From the NCBI GenBank assembly GCA_003141195.1, contig PLLC01000107.1, positions 16,174-80,173 on the forward strand: DNA of 64,000 nt, in the 5' to 3' direction. Origin of the DNA: Syntrophaceae bacterium. Lineage in GTDB: Bacteria > Desulfobacterota > Syntrophia > Syntrophales > UBA5619. The position numbers were made by a program, and so were the translations under genes. The notes below the pieces were generated by a model. That model saw only the letters and a program-made list of their open reading frames with translations. It was not told where the DNA came from and did not search any database. Below, in pieces: positions 53,392 to 64,000 of the stretch (position 1 is its first letter; each line of letters begins with the position of its first letter).

Positions 53392-54336
53392 ATGCTCGAA
53401 AGAATCAGGGTATTTACCGGAAATGCGAATGTGGCCCTCGCCCAGAAAATCTCGGAGAACCTGGGCGTATCGCTCGGGAAAGCCCATGTCACAGCCTTCA
53501 GCGACGGCGAAACCCGCGTCGAAATCAACGAAAATGTGCGTGGAATGGATGTCTTCATCATTCAACCCACCTGCCCGCCGGTCAACATCACGCTGATGGA
53601 ACTCCTGATCATGATCGACGCCGTCCGCCGGGCCTCCGCGGACCGGATTACGGCCGTCATTCCCTATTACGGCTATGGGCGGCAGGACCGGAAAGTGGCG
53701 CCCCGGGCGCCGATCACCGCCAAACTGGTCGCCGATCTGATCACCCGGGCGGGGGCAAACCGGGTCCTGGCGATGGATCTTCATGCCGGTCAGATCCAGG
53801 GTTTCTTCAACATTCCGGTGGACAATCTCTTCGCTACCCCGGTACTGCTGGATCATATCAAGAAGAACTATCAGGGCGATAACATCGTGATCGTTTCGCC
53901 GGATACTGGGGGTGTGGAAAGGGCGCGCGCCTTCGGTAAAAGACTCGGGGCGAGCCTGGCCATCATCGACAAGCGCCGGGAGGGACCGAACGAGGCCCAG
54001 GTCATGAACATCATCGGACATGTCCAGGGAAAGCGGATCATTCTTCTAGACGACATGATCGATACGGCCGGAACGGTCGTCCAGGCGGCGAAGGCGCTTA
54101 AGGAGGAAGGGGCAATCGAGGTTTCTGTCTGCTGCACCCACCCTGTCCTGTCCGGATCAGCCATCGAGAAAATTGAACAATCGGACCTGAAAGAGGTTAT
54201 CGTGACGGACACCGTTCCCCTGCATGAGAAGGCGAAGGCCTGCAGCCGCATCAAGGTCCTCTCCGTCTCAGGCCTCCTCAGCGAAGCTGTCCGAAGGATT
54301 TATTACAACGACTCAGTGAGTTCATTATTTATTTAG
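53392..54336 (+). CDS. prs: ribose-phosphate pyrophosphokinase
   Basis: 314 aa. [21 protein letters not shown]. Confidence 0.95.
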   Translation: MLERIRVFTGNANVALAQKISENLGVSLGKAHVTAFSDGETRVEINENVRGMDVFIIQPTCPPVNITLMELLIMIDAVRRASADRITAVIPYYGYGRQDRKVAPRAPITAKLVADLITRAGANRVLAMDLHAGQIQGFFNIPVDNLFATPVLLDHIKKNYQGDNIVIVSPDTGGVERARAFGKRLGASLAIIDKRREGPNEAQVMNIIGHVQGKRIILLDDMIDTAGTVVQAAKALKEEGAIEVSVCCTHPVLSGSAIEKIEQSDLKEVIVTDTVPLHEKAKACSRIKVLSVSGLLSEAVRRIYYNDSVSSLFI

Positions 54337-54347
54337 GAGGAATCCCC

Positions 54348-55016
54348 ATGGAGGCGACTGAATTAAAGGCCTTTACCCGCAAGGAAACCGGCAAGGGTCC
54401 GGCGAGGCGTTTCAGGAAGGAAGGATCGATTCCGGCCGTGTTTTACGGCCGCGGCGAGGAGGCCATTCACCTTTCGGTCAATGCGACTGAACTGCGAAAG
54501 GTTGTCAGGGCGAAAAAGGAAAATATCTTCATCAAGCTTCTGATCGAAGGAGAGAAACACCTGGAAAAGCTTTCCCTGATCAAGGAGCTCCAGATCGAAC
54601 CGGTCAGCAGGCGGTTTTATCATGTTGATTTTTACGAAATCCGCATGGATCACAAGCTGACGCTGGACATTCCCCTCCGTTTCGCCGGCATTCCCATCGG
54701 CGTGCAGAACGGCGGAGAACTCCAGCATCTGAAACGGGACCTGAAGGTCTCCTGTCTTCCTTCGGTTCTGCCCGATTTCATCGAGATCGACGTCACCGGT
54801 CTGGAAATCGGCGACTCGGTCAAGGTGCAGGACATCCGGGTGCCGGAAGGCATTACGGTCCTCGACCCGGGCGATGTGGGCGTGGCCATGGTGGCCGTGG
54901 TGAAGGTTTCCGTACCGCAGCCTGAGGTGGAGGCGGCGGCGGAAGGGGAAGCCCCGGCGGAAGGGGAGCCTGCGGCCGAGGGAGAAACCTCTCCTAAGGA
55001 GGACGCGAAAGGCTGA
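54348..55016 (+). CDS. rplY: 50S ribosomal protein L25 / general stress protein Ctc
   Basis: 222 aa. [20 protein letters not shown] and a C-terminal E/A/P-rich tail. Confidence 0.9.
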   Translation: MEATELKAFTRKETGKGPARRFRKEGSIPAVFYGRGEEAIHLSVNATELRKVVRAKKENIFIKLLIEGEKHLEKLSLIKELQIEPVSRRFYHVDFYEIRMDHKLTLDIPLRFAGIPIGVQNGGELQHLKRDLKVSCLPSVLPDFIEIDVTGLEIGDSVKVQDIRVPEGITVLDPGDVGVAMVAVVKVSVPQPEVEAAAEGEAPAEGEPAAEGETSPKEDAKG

Positions 55017-55083
55017 CGACACCGCTGATCGTTCCTGTGCAGAGGGATCGAGGAACACTGCACACGCAGCTTCGGGGGGTGGT

Positions 55084-55674
55084 GTGAAGTTAATCGCAGG
55101 ACTGGGAAATCCGGGGATCCGATATCGGATGAGCCGACACAACGCCGGTTCCCTGGTCTTGGACCAGTTGGCGCTGCAACAGAGCATATCCATCGAGCAG
55201 AACCTATTTGATGCTCATATCGGAAAGGGAAAGATAGCCGGCAGTCATGTTCTGCTCGTCCAGCCGCAGACATTCATGAATCTGAGCGGCATCGCGATCC
55301 GGAAACTGGCGGACTATTTCCGAATAGACCTTGAGGATGTTATCGTCGTGCATGATGACCTGGACCTGCCCTTTCAGACGATCCGGCTGAAGGCGGGCGG
55401 AGGTCACGGAGGTCATAAGGGACTGATCTCCATCATGGATCATCTTGGCGGACAGGACTTCATCAGAGTCAGGTTCGGCATCGGAAGACCGGCCCGCAAG
55501 ACCATGGTCGAGGGGTATGTCCTGGAACCCTTCTCTAAAGAAGAGATGGATTATCTCCCACAACTGACCACAAAGGCAGCGGAGGCCGTGACGGACATCC
55601 TGACCTCCGGGATCCAAGCAGCTATGGAAAAACATCATGGAGAAGAAAAGACTAACTTAATCAAGGAGGGTTGA
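55084..55674 (+). CDS. pth: peptidyl-tRNA hydrolase
   Basis: GTG start. [26 protein letters not shown]. Confidence 0.93.
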   Translation: MKLIAGLGNPGIRYRMSRHNAGSLVLDQLALQQSISIEQNLFDAHIGKGKIAGSHVLLVQPQTFMNLSGIAIRKLADYFRIDLEDVIVVHDDLDLPFQTIRLKAGGGHGGHKGLISIMDHLGGQDFIRVRFGIGRPARKTMVEGYVLEPFSKEEMDYLPQLTTKAAEAVTDILTSGIQAAMEKHHGEEKTNLIKEG

Positions 55675-55677
55675 AAC

Positions 55678-58119
<2,442 letters not shown>

Positions 58120-58143
58120 TACGGGTTTGTAAACCTACGTAAA

Positions 58144-58175
58144 AAGGCGCCCTTTCTTAGGGCGCCTTTTTTATT
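58144..58175 (+). terminator. rho-independent terminator after hppA
   Basis: AAGGCGCCC-tttctta-GGGCGCCTT followed by TTTTATT. Confidence 0.85.
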
Positions 58176-58325
58176 CTCCGCGCGTTTCTTCCTGGGTACG
58201 GTATGGTGAATACGACCGGTAAGGTCGTTGATGGATAAAAAAACCGTGATTTTTATATCCGTGATCACCACGAGGGCGCCGACAATTCGTTGCGCAAAAG
58301 CTGCTTCTTTACGAACGGGAAAGGC

Positions 58326-58940
58326 CTACCGTGACGCCGCAAGATAGCCCCGGGCAAGGGCCTTGTTCACATGAACGACCCCGTGATTGATCTCCTTCAT
58401 GGGATATTCCGCGGTGATTTCGGGAAGGGCATCGGCCTCGGCCTGCGTCTTCACCACCGATCCGGCCGGGACATACCGGTGATCGGCCACCCGGACCCCC
58501 ATCAGGAGCGCGCCGGGTTCGACGATACAATGCCTCCCCACGGCGGACTTGAAAACCAGGCTCTTCATCCCGACAAAAGTGTCATCGAGGACAACGGCCG
58601 GCCCGTGGATCTGGACCTGGTGGGCCAGGGAAACCCGGTTTCCGACATAGACGGCGTACCTTTGACCATTGACCTCGCAGAGGTTCTTCACCACGGGCTT
58701 GCCGTTCATCTCCGTCTCCAGGGCGTGGATGACCACGCCGTCCTGGACGTTCGAGTCGTCGCCGACAAAGAGCGGTTGTCCCTCATCCCCGCGGATGGAG
58801 GCCGTCGGCGAAACCATGATATTTTTCCCCAGATGCACATTCCCGATGACCGACGCCAGGGGGTGCACATAGGTTCTAGGATCGATTTCCGGTTCCGAAA
58901 CCTTTGCCGAAAAATCCGCCGCCACATTCTTTCCGATCAT
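58326..58940 (-). CDS. gamma-class carbonic anhydrase, Cam-type (left-handed beta-helix)
   Basis: 204 aa. Collinear by eye with Methanosarcina Cam blocks: MVSP.ASIRGDEG.P.FVGD.SNVQDGVV.HALET, VSLAHQ.Q.HGPA.V.DDTF.GM, AEADALPE. Confidence 0.8.
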   Translation of the reverse strand: MIGKNVAADFSAKVSEPEIDPRTYVHPLASVIGNVHLGKNIMVSPTASIRGDEGQPLFVGDDSNVQDGVVIHALETEMNGKPVVKNLCEVNGQRYAVYVGNRVSLAHQVQIHGPAVVLDDTFVGMKSLVFKSAVGRHCIVEPGALLMGVRVADHRYVPAGSVVKTQAEADALPEITAEYPMKEINHGVVHVNKALARGYLAASR

Positions 58941-58996
58941 GGATCAACCTCCCTGTTTCCATATCCGCGCGGACGGCGGGATGTTTCATCTTCAAA

Positions 58997-59623
58997 TCAG
59001 ACGTCCGGCAAGCGTTGCGTTCGCCCGCGCCCGCGCAGCTCCTCCCAAACCTGACTGACCGCGCGGCTTGTCTCTTCGACGGACCCCTCATTGCGGATCA
59101 CGATGTCGGCCTGGGGGATCTTCTCTCCGATCGGCATCTGCGCGGCAACCCTTCTTTCCGCTTCTTTCCGGGTGAACCCGTTGCGCGCCATCAGCCTGCG
59201 GATCTGCCCCTCCGGGGGGAGGTAAACGAGCAAGACCACATCCACCATCGTCTTCAGGCCGGCCTCGATGAGGAGCGGGACGTCGGAAAGGACGATGGCA
59301 TCTGCCCTTGTCTTTTCGATTTCCCCGAGCTGCCTGCGCCACTCGGCAAAGACCGCCGGGTGGACAAGACGGTTGAGGATATCCCGTTTCTCCCGATCCG
59401 CGAAGACGATTGCACCCAATTTACGGCGGTCGATCTGCCGATCCGGAAGGAGGATCCCTTCTCCGAAATGGCTGACAATCCCCCGCCACACCGGCCCCTC
59501 CGGCTCTTCGACTGCATGAGCAAGGTCGTCGAAGTCGATGAGGATGGCCCCTTTCTCCACCAGCATCCGGGCGATGGTCGATTTACCGCAGGCAATCCCG
59601 CCTGTCAAGCCCACATTCAGCAT
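58997..59623 (-). CDS. coaE: dephospho-CoA kinase
   Basis: MLNVGLTGGIACGKST P-loop. 208 aa. Confidence 0.9.
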   Translation of the reverse strand: MLNVGLTGGIACGKSTIARMLVEKGAILIDFDDLAHAVEEPEGPVWRGIVSHFGEGILLPDRQIDRRKLGAIVFADREKRDILNRLVHPAVFAEWRRQLGEIEKTRADAIVLSDVPLLIEAGLKTMVDVVLLVYLPPEGQIRRLMARNGFTRKEAERRVAAQMPIGEKIPQADIVIRNEGSVEETSRAVSQVWEELRGRGRTQRLPDV

Positions 59624-59649
59624 CTTTTCCCTCGGACAAAGGGGTGGTT

Positions 59650-59668
59650 TTTACGCCTCACGCCTCAC
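59650..59668. repeat. 19-nt repeat TTTACGCCTCACGCCTCAC (copy 1), containing the coaX stop codon
   Basis: Identical to 61276-61294. The minus strand reads GTGAGGC GTGAGGC GTAAA (tandem heptamer). Confidence 0.85.
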
Positions 59669-60437
59669 ATTTTTTAAGGTTCCGCATGAAGATGATGCGC
59701 AGCCCCTCGATGGTCAACATCTCGTCGACCACGTCGATATGCTTCGCCACCCCGGAAATGAGCTTTGCAAGTCCCCCGGTCGCCACCACGAGCGGTTTGG
59801 AATCGCTTTCCGCCTTCATCCGCTCGACGATCCCATCGACAAGCCCCGCATAGCCGTACATTATGCCCGCCTGCATGCCGCTCACCGTATCCTTGGTGAT
59901 GATCAAGCGGGGCTTGCAGAGTTCTACCCGGGGGAGCTTGGAAGCCCTCTCGAAGAGGGCCTCGCTGGAGATCATGATCCCCGGGGCAATGCAGCCGCCC
60001 ATGTACTCCCCCTTGGGTGAGATGTAATCAAAGGTTGTCGCGGTGCCGAAATCGACAATGATCAGGGCGCGCCTGTACTTCTCATAGGCGGCAACGGCAT
60101 TGACGATCCGGTCCGCCCCCACCTCCTTGGGGTTGTCGTAGAAGATGGGCATGCCCGTCTTCACACCGGGTCCGACGATGAGTGGCTGGATGCCGAAATA
60201 CTTCTGGCAGAGAGGTTCGAGGATGTTGAGCATCGGCGGCACGACGCAGGAGATGATGATGCTCTTGATGGCCTTGGAACTGATCCGGCTGTTCTTGTAG
60301 AGGTTGAGGATGAGCATCCCGTACTCGTCGACGGTATGATCGATGACCGTCCGGATCCGCCAGTCGTGGACCAGCTCCTCCCCGTCGTAAAGACCAAGGA
60401 CCGTATTCGTGTTTCCCACATCGATGACCAGAAGCAT
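59658..60437 (-). CDS. coaX: type III pantothenate kinase
   Basis: [27 protein letters not shown]. 259 aa. Confidence 0.93.
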   Translation of the reverse strand: MLLVIDVGNTNTVLGLYDGEELVHDWRIRTVIDHTVDEYGMLILNLYKNSRISSKAIKSIIISCVVPPMLNILEPLCQKYFGIQPLIVGPGVKTGMPIFYDNPKEVGADRIVNAVAAYEKYRRALIIVDFGTATTFDYISPKGEYMGGCIAPGIMISSEALFERASKLPRVELCKPRLIITKDTVSGMQAGIMYGYAGLVDGIVERMKAESDSKPLVVATGGLAKLISGVAKHIDVVDEMLTIEGLRIIFMRNLKKCEA

Positions 60438-60440
60438 GCT

Positions 60441-61238
60441 TCACTCCTTCATGATCGTGGCGTCGCCCGCCGTGATCCGCCGGACGTCTCCCTGCCCGTC
60501 GGCGAGAAGAAGCGCCCCGTCCCGGTCGATGCCCTCCACCACCCCTTCCTGCACCTCACCCCGGAAGAGAACCCGGACGCGCTTCCCCGCCATATCCGAC
60601 CGGGCGAGCCATTCCTCCCTTACCGGCGCAAATCCCGCATGCAGGAAGGTCTCATACCACCGTTCCAGCCGCTCACAGAGCAAAAAAGCCATATCCTCCC
60701 GGGAATGCTCCCGACCCGTCTCCTCCCAAAGCGATGTGGCGGTGTCCCGATGCCCCGGATTGAAATTCTCCCTCTTGATGTTCACGTTCAGGCCGATCCC
60801 GATGATCACCGCGCGCGATCCCCCGGCCGTTGCCATTTCCGTCAGGATACCGCAGACCTTCCTGCCCCGGATCTGGACATCATTCGGCCATTTGATCCCC
60901 ACTCCCGCAGGACAGATCGAAGCAATCGCCTCCGCGACCGCCACCCCCGTTAGAAGGGTGATCCGTGAGGCCTCCGGTGGAGCGACCGCAGGGCGAAGAA
61001 TGACGGAAAGGTAGAGGTTGCAACCGGGCGGCGACTGCCAGGCCCTGTTCAGACGTCCCATTCCGGCGGTCTGACGGTCGGCGAGGACCACCGTTCCCTC
61101 GGGCGCTCCCTCGCGCGCAAGCCCCATGGCGAAGCGGTTTGTCGAATCGACCGTCTCCCGATAGTGGAGCAGCCAGCCCATCTTTCTCCCGGTCAGTCTC
61201 GACTGGAGGGCCTTTGCGTCGAATTGCATTCTTTCCAT
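60441..61238 (-). CDS. birA: biotin--[acetyl-CoA-carboxylase] ligase (no N-terminal HTH)
   Basis: 265 aa. QTAGMGRLNRAWQSPPG, IKWPNDV. Confidence 0.9.
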   Translation of the reverse strand: MERMQFDAKALQSRLTGRKMGWLLHYRETVDSTNRFAMGLAREGAPEGTVVLADRQTAGMGRLNRAWQSPPGCNLYLSVILRPAVAPPEASRITLLTGVAVAEAIASICPAGVGIKWPNDVQIRGRKVCGILTEMATAGGSRAVIIGIGLNVNIKRENFNPGHRDTATSLWEETGREHSREDMAFLLCERLERWYETFLHAGFAPVREEWLARSDMAGKRVRVLFRGEVQEGVVEGIDRDGALLLADGQGDVRRITAGDATIMKE

Positions 61239-61275
61239 GATTCATCAGGCATGAGGAGATCGGAATGGGGATGCC

Positions 61276-61294
61276 TTTACGCCTCACGCCTCAC
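61276..61294. repeat. 19-nt repeat TTTACGCCTCACGCCTCAC (copy 2), containing the nadC stop codon
   Basis: Identical to 59650-59668. Confidence 0.85.
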
Positions 61295-62138
61295 TTTTTT
61301 CCACCTGGACCACATTGAGGGAGATATCCGCCGCCGCCGCGGAATGGGTCAGGGCGCCCACCGAAATGAGGTCCACACCCGTTGCGGCCACCTCCCGGAC
61401 CCGTTCCAGCGTCATGTTCCCCGAGGCCTCGAGCGGGATCCTCCCCGCGACCCTTTTCACCGCGGCGACCATCTCCGGAAGGCCTATGTTGTCCAGGAGG
61501 ACAGAGTCTGCACCGGCGGCCAGGGCCTCCTCCAGTTCCGCCGGATTCTTTACTTCCACCTCGATCTTCAGGGTGTGGGGAACCCGCTCGCGGACCCGCC
61601 GCACGGCCGGTCCGATCCCGCCCGCCGCCGTGATGTGGTTGTCCTTGATCAGCACCCCGTCATAGAGGGCGAAACGGTGGTTGCACCCGCCGCCCGCGCG
61701 GACGGCGTACTTGTCGAGGATCCGGAGGCCGGGCGCGGTCTTCCGGGTATCGAGGATTTTTGCATGCATTCCCGCGATTTTATCGACATATCGCCGGGTG
61801 AGGGTGGCAATCCCGCACATCCGCTGCAGGAGGTTCAGGGCGACCCGCTCCGCGGTCAGGATGGAGGCGAGGTTGCCGGAGATCTCTGCAAGAATCTCCC
61901 CCTTTACCGCCTTCTCCCCGTCCCGTTTCCGGGGCATAAAGGTCAGGGTGGTGTCCAGTGCTTGGAACACCTCTCCGAAGACCGCGATCCCGGCCACAAC
62001 CAGCTCCGCCTTGGCCGTCGCCCGGGCGAGGCCCGTCTCATCCCCCCGGAGCGCCGCCCCGGTCGTAACGTCCCCCGCCCCGATATCCTCAGCGAGGGCC
62101 GTGCCGATCAATTCCGTCAACACTTGACGCGACCACAT
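61284..62138 (-). CDS. nadC: nicotinate-nucleotide pyrophosphorylase (carboxylating)
   Basis: Start moved to MWSRQVLTELIGTALAEDIGAGDVTT (ATG 62138). RKTAPGLR, LDNIG. Confidence 0.9.
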   Translation of the reverse strand: MWSRQVLTELIGTALAEDIGAGDVTTGAALRGDETGLARATAKAELVVAGIAVFGEVFQALDTTLTFMPRKRDGEKAVKGEILAEISGNLASILTAERVALNLLQRMCGIATLTRRYVDKIAGMHAKILDTRKTAPGLRILDKYAVRAGGGCNHRFALYDGVLIKDNHITAAGGIGPAVRRVRERVPHTLKIEVEVKNPAELEEALAAGADSVLLDNIGLPEMVAAVKRVAGRIPLEASGNMTLERVREVAATGVDLISVGALTHSAAAADISLNVVQVEKSEA

Positions 62139-62196
62139 GGTCTTTCCTCCCTTATCCTCCCTCCCTTTCAAGGGGAGGGCTGGGGTGGTGATGGGT

Positions 62197-64000
62197 TTAG
62201 CCGGAACTGCCGGCCTCAAGAGATGCGATTCTCTTCAGGGCCGCACTTAGGGCGATCTTCTTCTCCCCGAGCCCCCGGGCCTTCTCCTGCTCTTTCTTCA
62301 CGACCGCCTCCGCCGCCTTCGCCAGAAACTCCGGGTTGGCCAGTTTCTTTAAAACGACGGCCAGATCCTTTTCCACCTTCGCGATCTCCTTCCCGAGACG
62401 GCCCTTCTCTCCCCCGATGTCGACCACCCCCGCGAGAAAGACGTAGACATGCACGGGACCCGCCACCGCCGTGGCGGCCCCCTTCGGTTCAGTCATCAGA
62501 CCGGTGATGTCCAGCCTCTCCAGATTGGCCAGATTCGTGATGTAGACCCGTCCCTTCTCCAGCGTAGCCCTCAGATCTTCGGAGGACGCCGTAAGGGTCA
62601 CCTTCAGTTTCAGCGACGGCGCCACGTTCATCTCCCCGCGGATGTTCCGGATGCGGGTGATCACCTCCATGATCTGCGCCATCTCCCTCTCCGCCTCGGA
62701 ATCCAGGAAGGCATCGTCCGCCGCGGGGAATTTGCTGACCATGATGGAGGTCCCGTCCGCGACCAGGGTCTGCCAAATCTCCTCGGTCAGGAAAGGCATG
62801 AAGGGGTGGAGCAGCTTGAGTGATGTCGTAAGGACCTCCAGAAGGGTCTTCTGGGCGGCCCGCCTCCCCGCCGGATTTTCCCCGCCGTAGAGGACCGGTT
62901 TGGTCAGTTCCAGGTACCAGTCGCAGAACTCATGCCAGACGAACTGGTAGACGGCCGCCGCGGCGTCGTTGAAACGGTATTCGTCCAGCCCCTGGACCAC
63001 CTCTGCGATGGTGCGGTTCAGCCTCGCCCGGATCCAGCGGTCTGCGATCGATGCATCCTCCTTGCGGACGGGAACCGCCGCATCGTAATCCTCCAGATTC
63101 ATCATGGAGAATCGCGTCGCATTCCAGATCTTGTTCACGAAAAACTTGTTCCCCTCGATCCGCTCCTCCGACATCCGGACGTCCCGCCCCTGGGCGGTGA
63201 AGGCGGCCAGCGTAAACCGGAAGGCGTCCGTCCCGAATTTGTCCATCATCTCCAGGGGATCAATGCTGTTCCCCTTCGATTTGCTCATCTTCTCGCCGTT
63301 CTCGTCCCGGACAAGGGCGTGGAGGTAGACGTCCCGGAAGGGGACCTCCTTCATCACGTAGAGCCCCATCATCATCATCCGGGCGACCCAGAAGAAGAGG
63401 ATGTCGAAACCGGTCACCAGCAGCGACGTGGGATAGAAGGTCTTCAGGGCTTCCGTGTTCTCGGGCCACCCCAGCGTCGAGAAGGGCCAGAGACCCGAGC
63501 TGAACCAGGTATCGAGGACATCCTCCTCCTGACGCAGCTTCGCGCTGCTGCAGTCGGGACAGCAGTCGGGATCCTGTGCGGCGACGATCACCTTCCCGCA
63601 CCCCTCGCAGGTCCAGACGGGGATCCGGTGGCCCCACCAGATCTGCCGCGAGATGCACCAGTCGCGGATGTTGTTCATCCACTCGAAATAGGTGGCCCCC
63701 CAGGTCGACGGAACGATGCGGGTCTTTCCCTTAACCACCGCGGAGATCGCCTCTTTGGCGAGGGGGGCGATCCGGACGAACCACTGCCGGGAAACGGCGG
63801 GTTCGATGTCGGTCTTGCAGCGGTAGCACTGGCCGATATTGTGCGTATACGGCTCGGTGCCCACGAGATATCCACCTGCCTCCAGGTCACGGACAACGTT
63901 CTTCCGGCACTCGTAGCGGTCCTGACCCCGATAGGCCCCGCCATTTTCGTTGATCACGGCGTTCTCATCCATAATCCGGAGGATCGGAAGCCCATGCCGG
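62197..64000 (-). CDS. valS: valine--tRNA ligase, partial (N-terminus beyond window end)
   Basis: KMSKSKGN, CISRQIWWGHRIP, and a C-terminal coiled coil. The frame stays open upstream of the track Met at 63972 (...RHGLPILRIMDEN). Confidence 0.93.
   Translation of the reverse strand, partial: RHGLPILRIMDENAVINENGGAYRGQDRYECRKNVVRDLEAGGYLVGTEPYTHNIGQCYRCKTDIEPAVSRQWFVRIAPLAKEAISAVVKGKTRIVPSTWGATYFEWMNNIRDWCISRQIWWGHRIPVWTCEGCGKVIVAAQDPDCCPDCSSAKLRQEEDVLDTWFSSGLWPFSTLGWPENTEALKTFYPTSLLVTGFDILFFWVARMMMMGLYVMKEVPFRDVYLHALVRDENGEKMSKSKGNSIDPLEMMDKFGTDAFRFTLAAFTAQGRDVRMSEERIEGNKFFVNKIWNATRFSMMNLEDYDAAVPVRKEDASIADRWIRARLNRTIAEVVQGLDEYRFNDAAAAVYQFVWHEFCDWYLELTKPVLYGGENPAGRRAAQKTLLEVLTTSLKLLHPFMPFLTEEIWQTLVADGTSIMVSKFPAADDAFLDSEAEREMAQIMEVITRIRNIRGEMNVAPSLKLKVTLTASSEDLRATLEKGRVYITNLANLERLDITGLMTEPKGAATAVAGPVHVYVFLAGVVDIGGEKGRLGKEIAKVEKDLAVVLKKLANPEFLAKAAEAVVKKEQEKARGLGEKKIALSAALKRIASLEAGSSG

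Noticed and set aside
53044-54021. 325-aa minus-strand ORF overlapping tRNA-Gln and prs
   Set aside because: It runs antisense through a tRNA and the prs gene and has no motifs.
61164-62507. 447-aa plus-strand ORF across nadC and the valS 3' end
   Set aside because: Pro/Arg/Gly-rich low-complexity translation, antisense to two well-supported genes.

Overview
This is a high-GC chromosomal window from a Gram-negative anaerobe. Three conserved gene orders, a selenocysteine formate dehydrogenase and PEP-CTERM cargo fit a deltaproteobacterium or syntroph-like organism, but I cannot fix the taxon by eye. The gene orders are kdsA-kdsC-lptC-lptA-lptB-rpoN-hpf-ptsN-rapZ, rpsF-rpsR-DUF2232-rplI-dnaB, and ispE-tRNAGln-prs-ctc-pth.

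Most of the window is ordinary core genome:
- LPS export and the sigma-54 cluster
- ribosomal proteins and dnaB
- an rpoH-clpB-htpX heat-shock cluster
- ispE/prs/pth, a membrane pyrophosphatase and a Cam-type carbonic anhydrase
- the operon-like run coaE-coaX-birA-nadC-valS

Four regions stand out.
1. 14.8-25.8 kb holds a ten-gene plus-strand operon. A five-gene module (DRTGG, GHKL-ATPase, DRTGG, PHP, GHKL-ATPase) precedes an Hnd-like electron-transfer set: NuoE-like, a small 2Fe-2S protein and an unusual NuoF-GltD fusion. These are followed by a selenocysteine formate dehydrogenase, split in the ORF track at an in-frame TGA at 22687 that has a SECIS-like hairpin. An oxalate/formate-family MFS transporter ends the operon. 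This is my best candidate for an undescribed system.
2. 27.5-38.8 kb is an ~11.3-kb AT-richer island inserted in tRNA-Arg(CCG), bounded by exact 49-bp direct repeats. It carries integrase, excisionase and PrimPol/DUF3987 replication genes, secreted cargo proteins, a shared operator-like 21-mer, and two paralogous structured noncoding blocks.
3. 43.5-46.6 kb is a lower-GC insertion. It contains an internally deleted integron-integrase-like gene, a small unknown ORF and a gamma-class N6-adenine methyltransferase.
4. A family of short palindromic or MITE-like repeats is scattered through the window. One 19-mer supplies the stop codons of both coaX and nadC.

All product calls rest on motif recognition by eye. 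No database search was possible. I treat the many long antisense ORFs in the track as high-GC artefacts.
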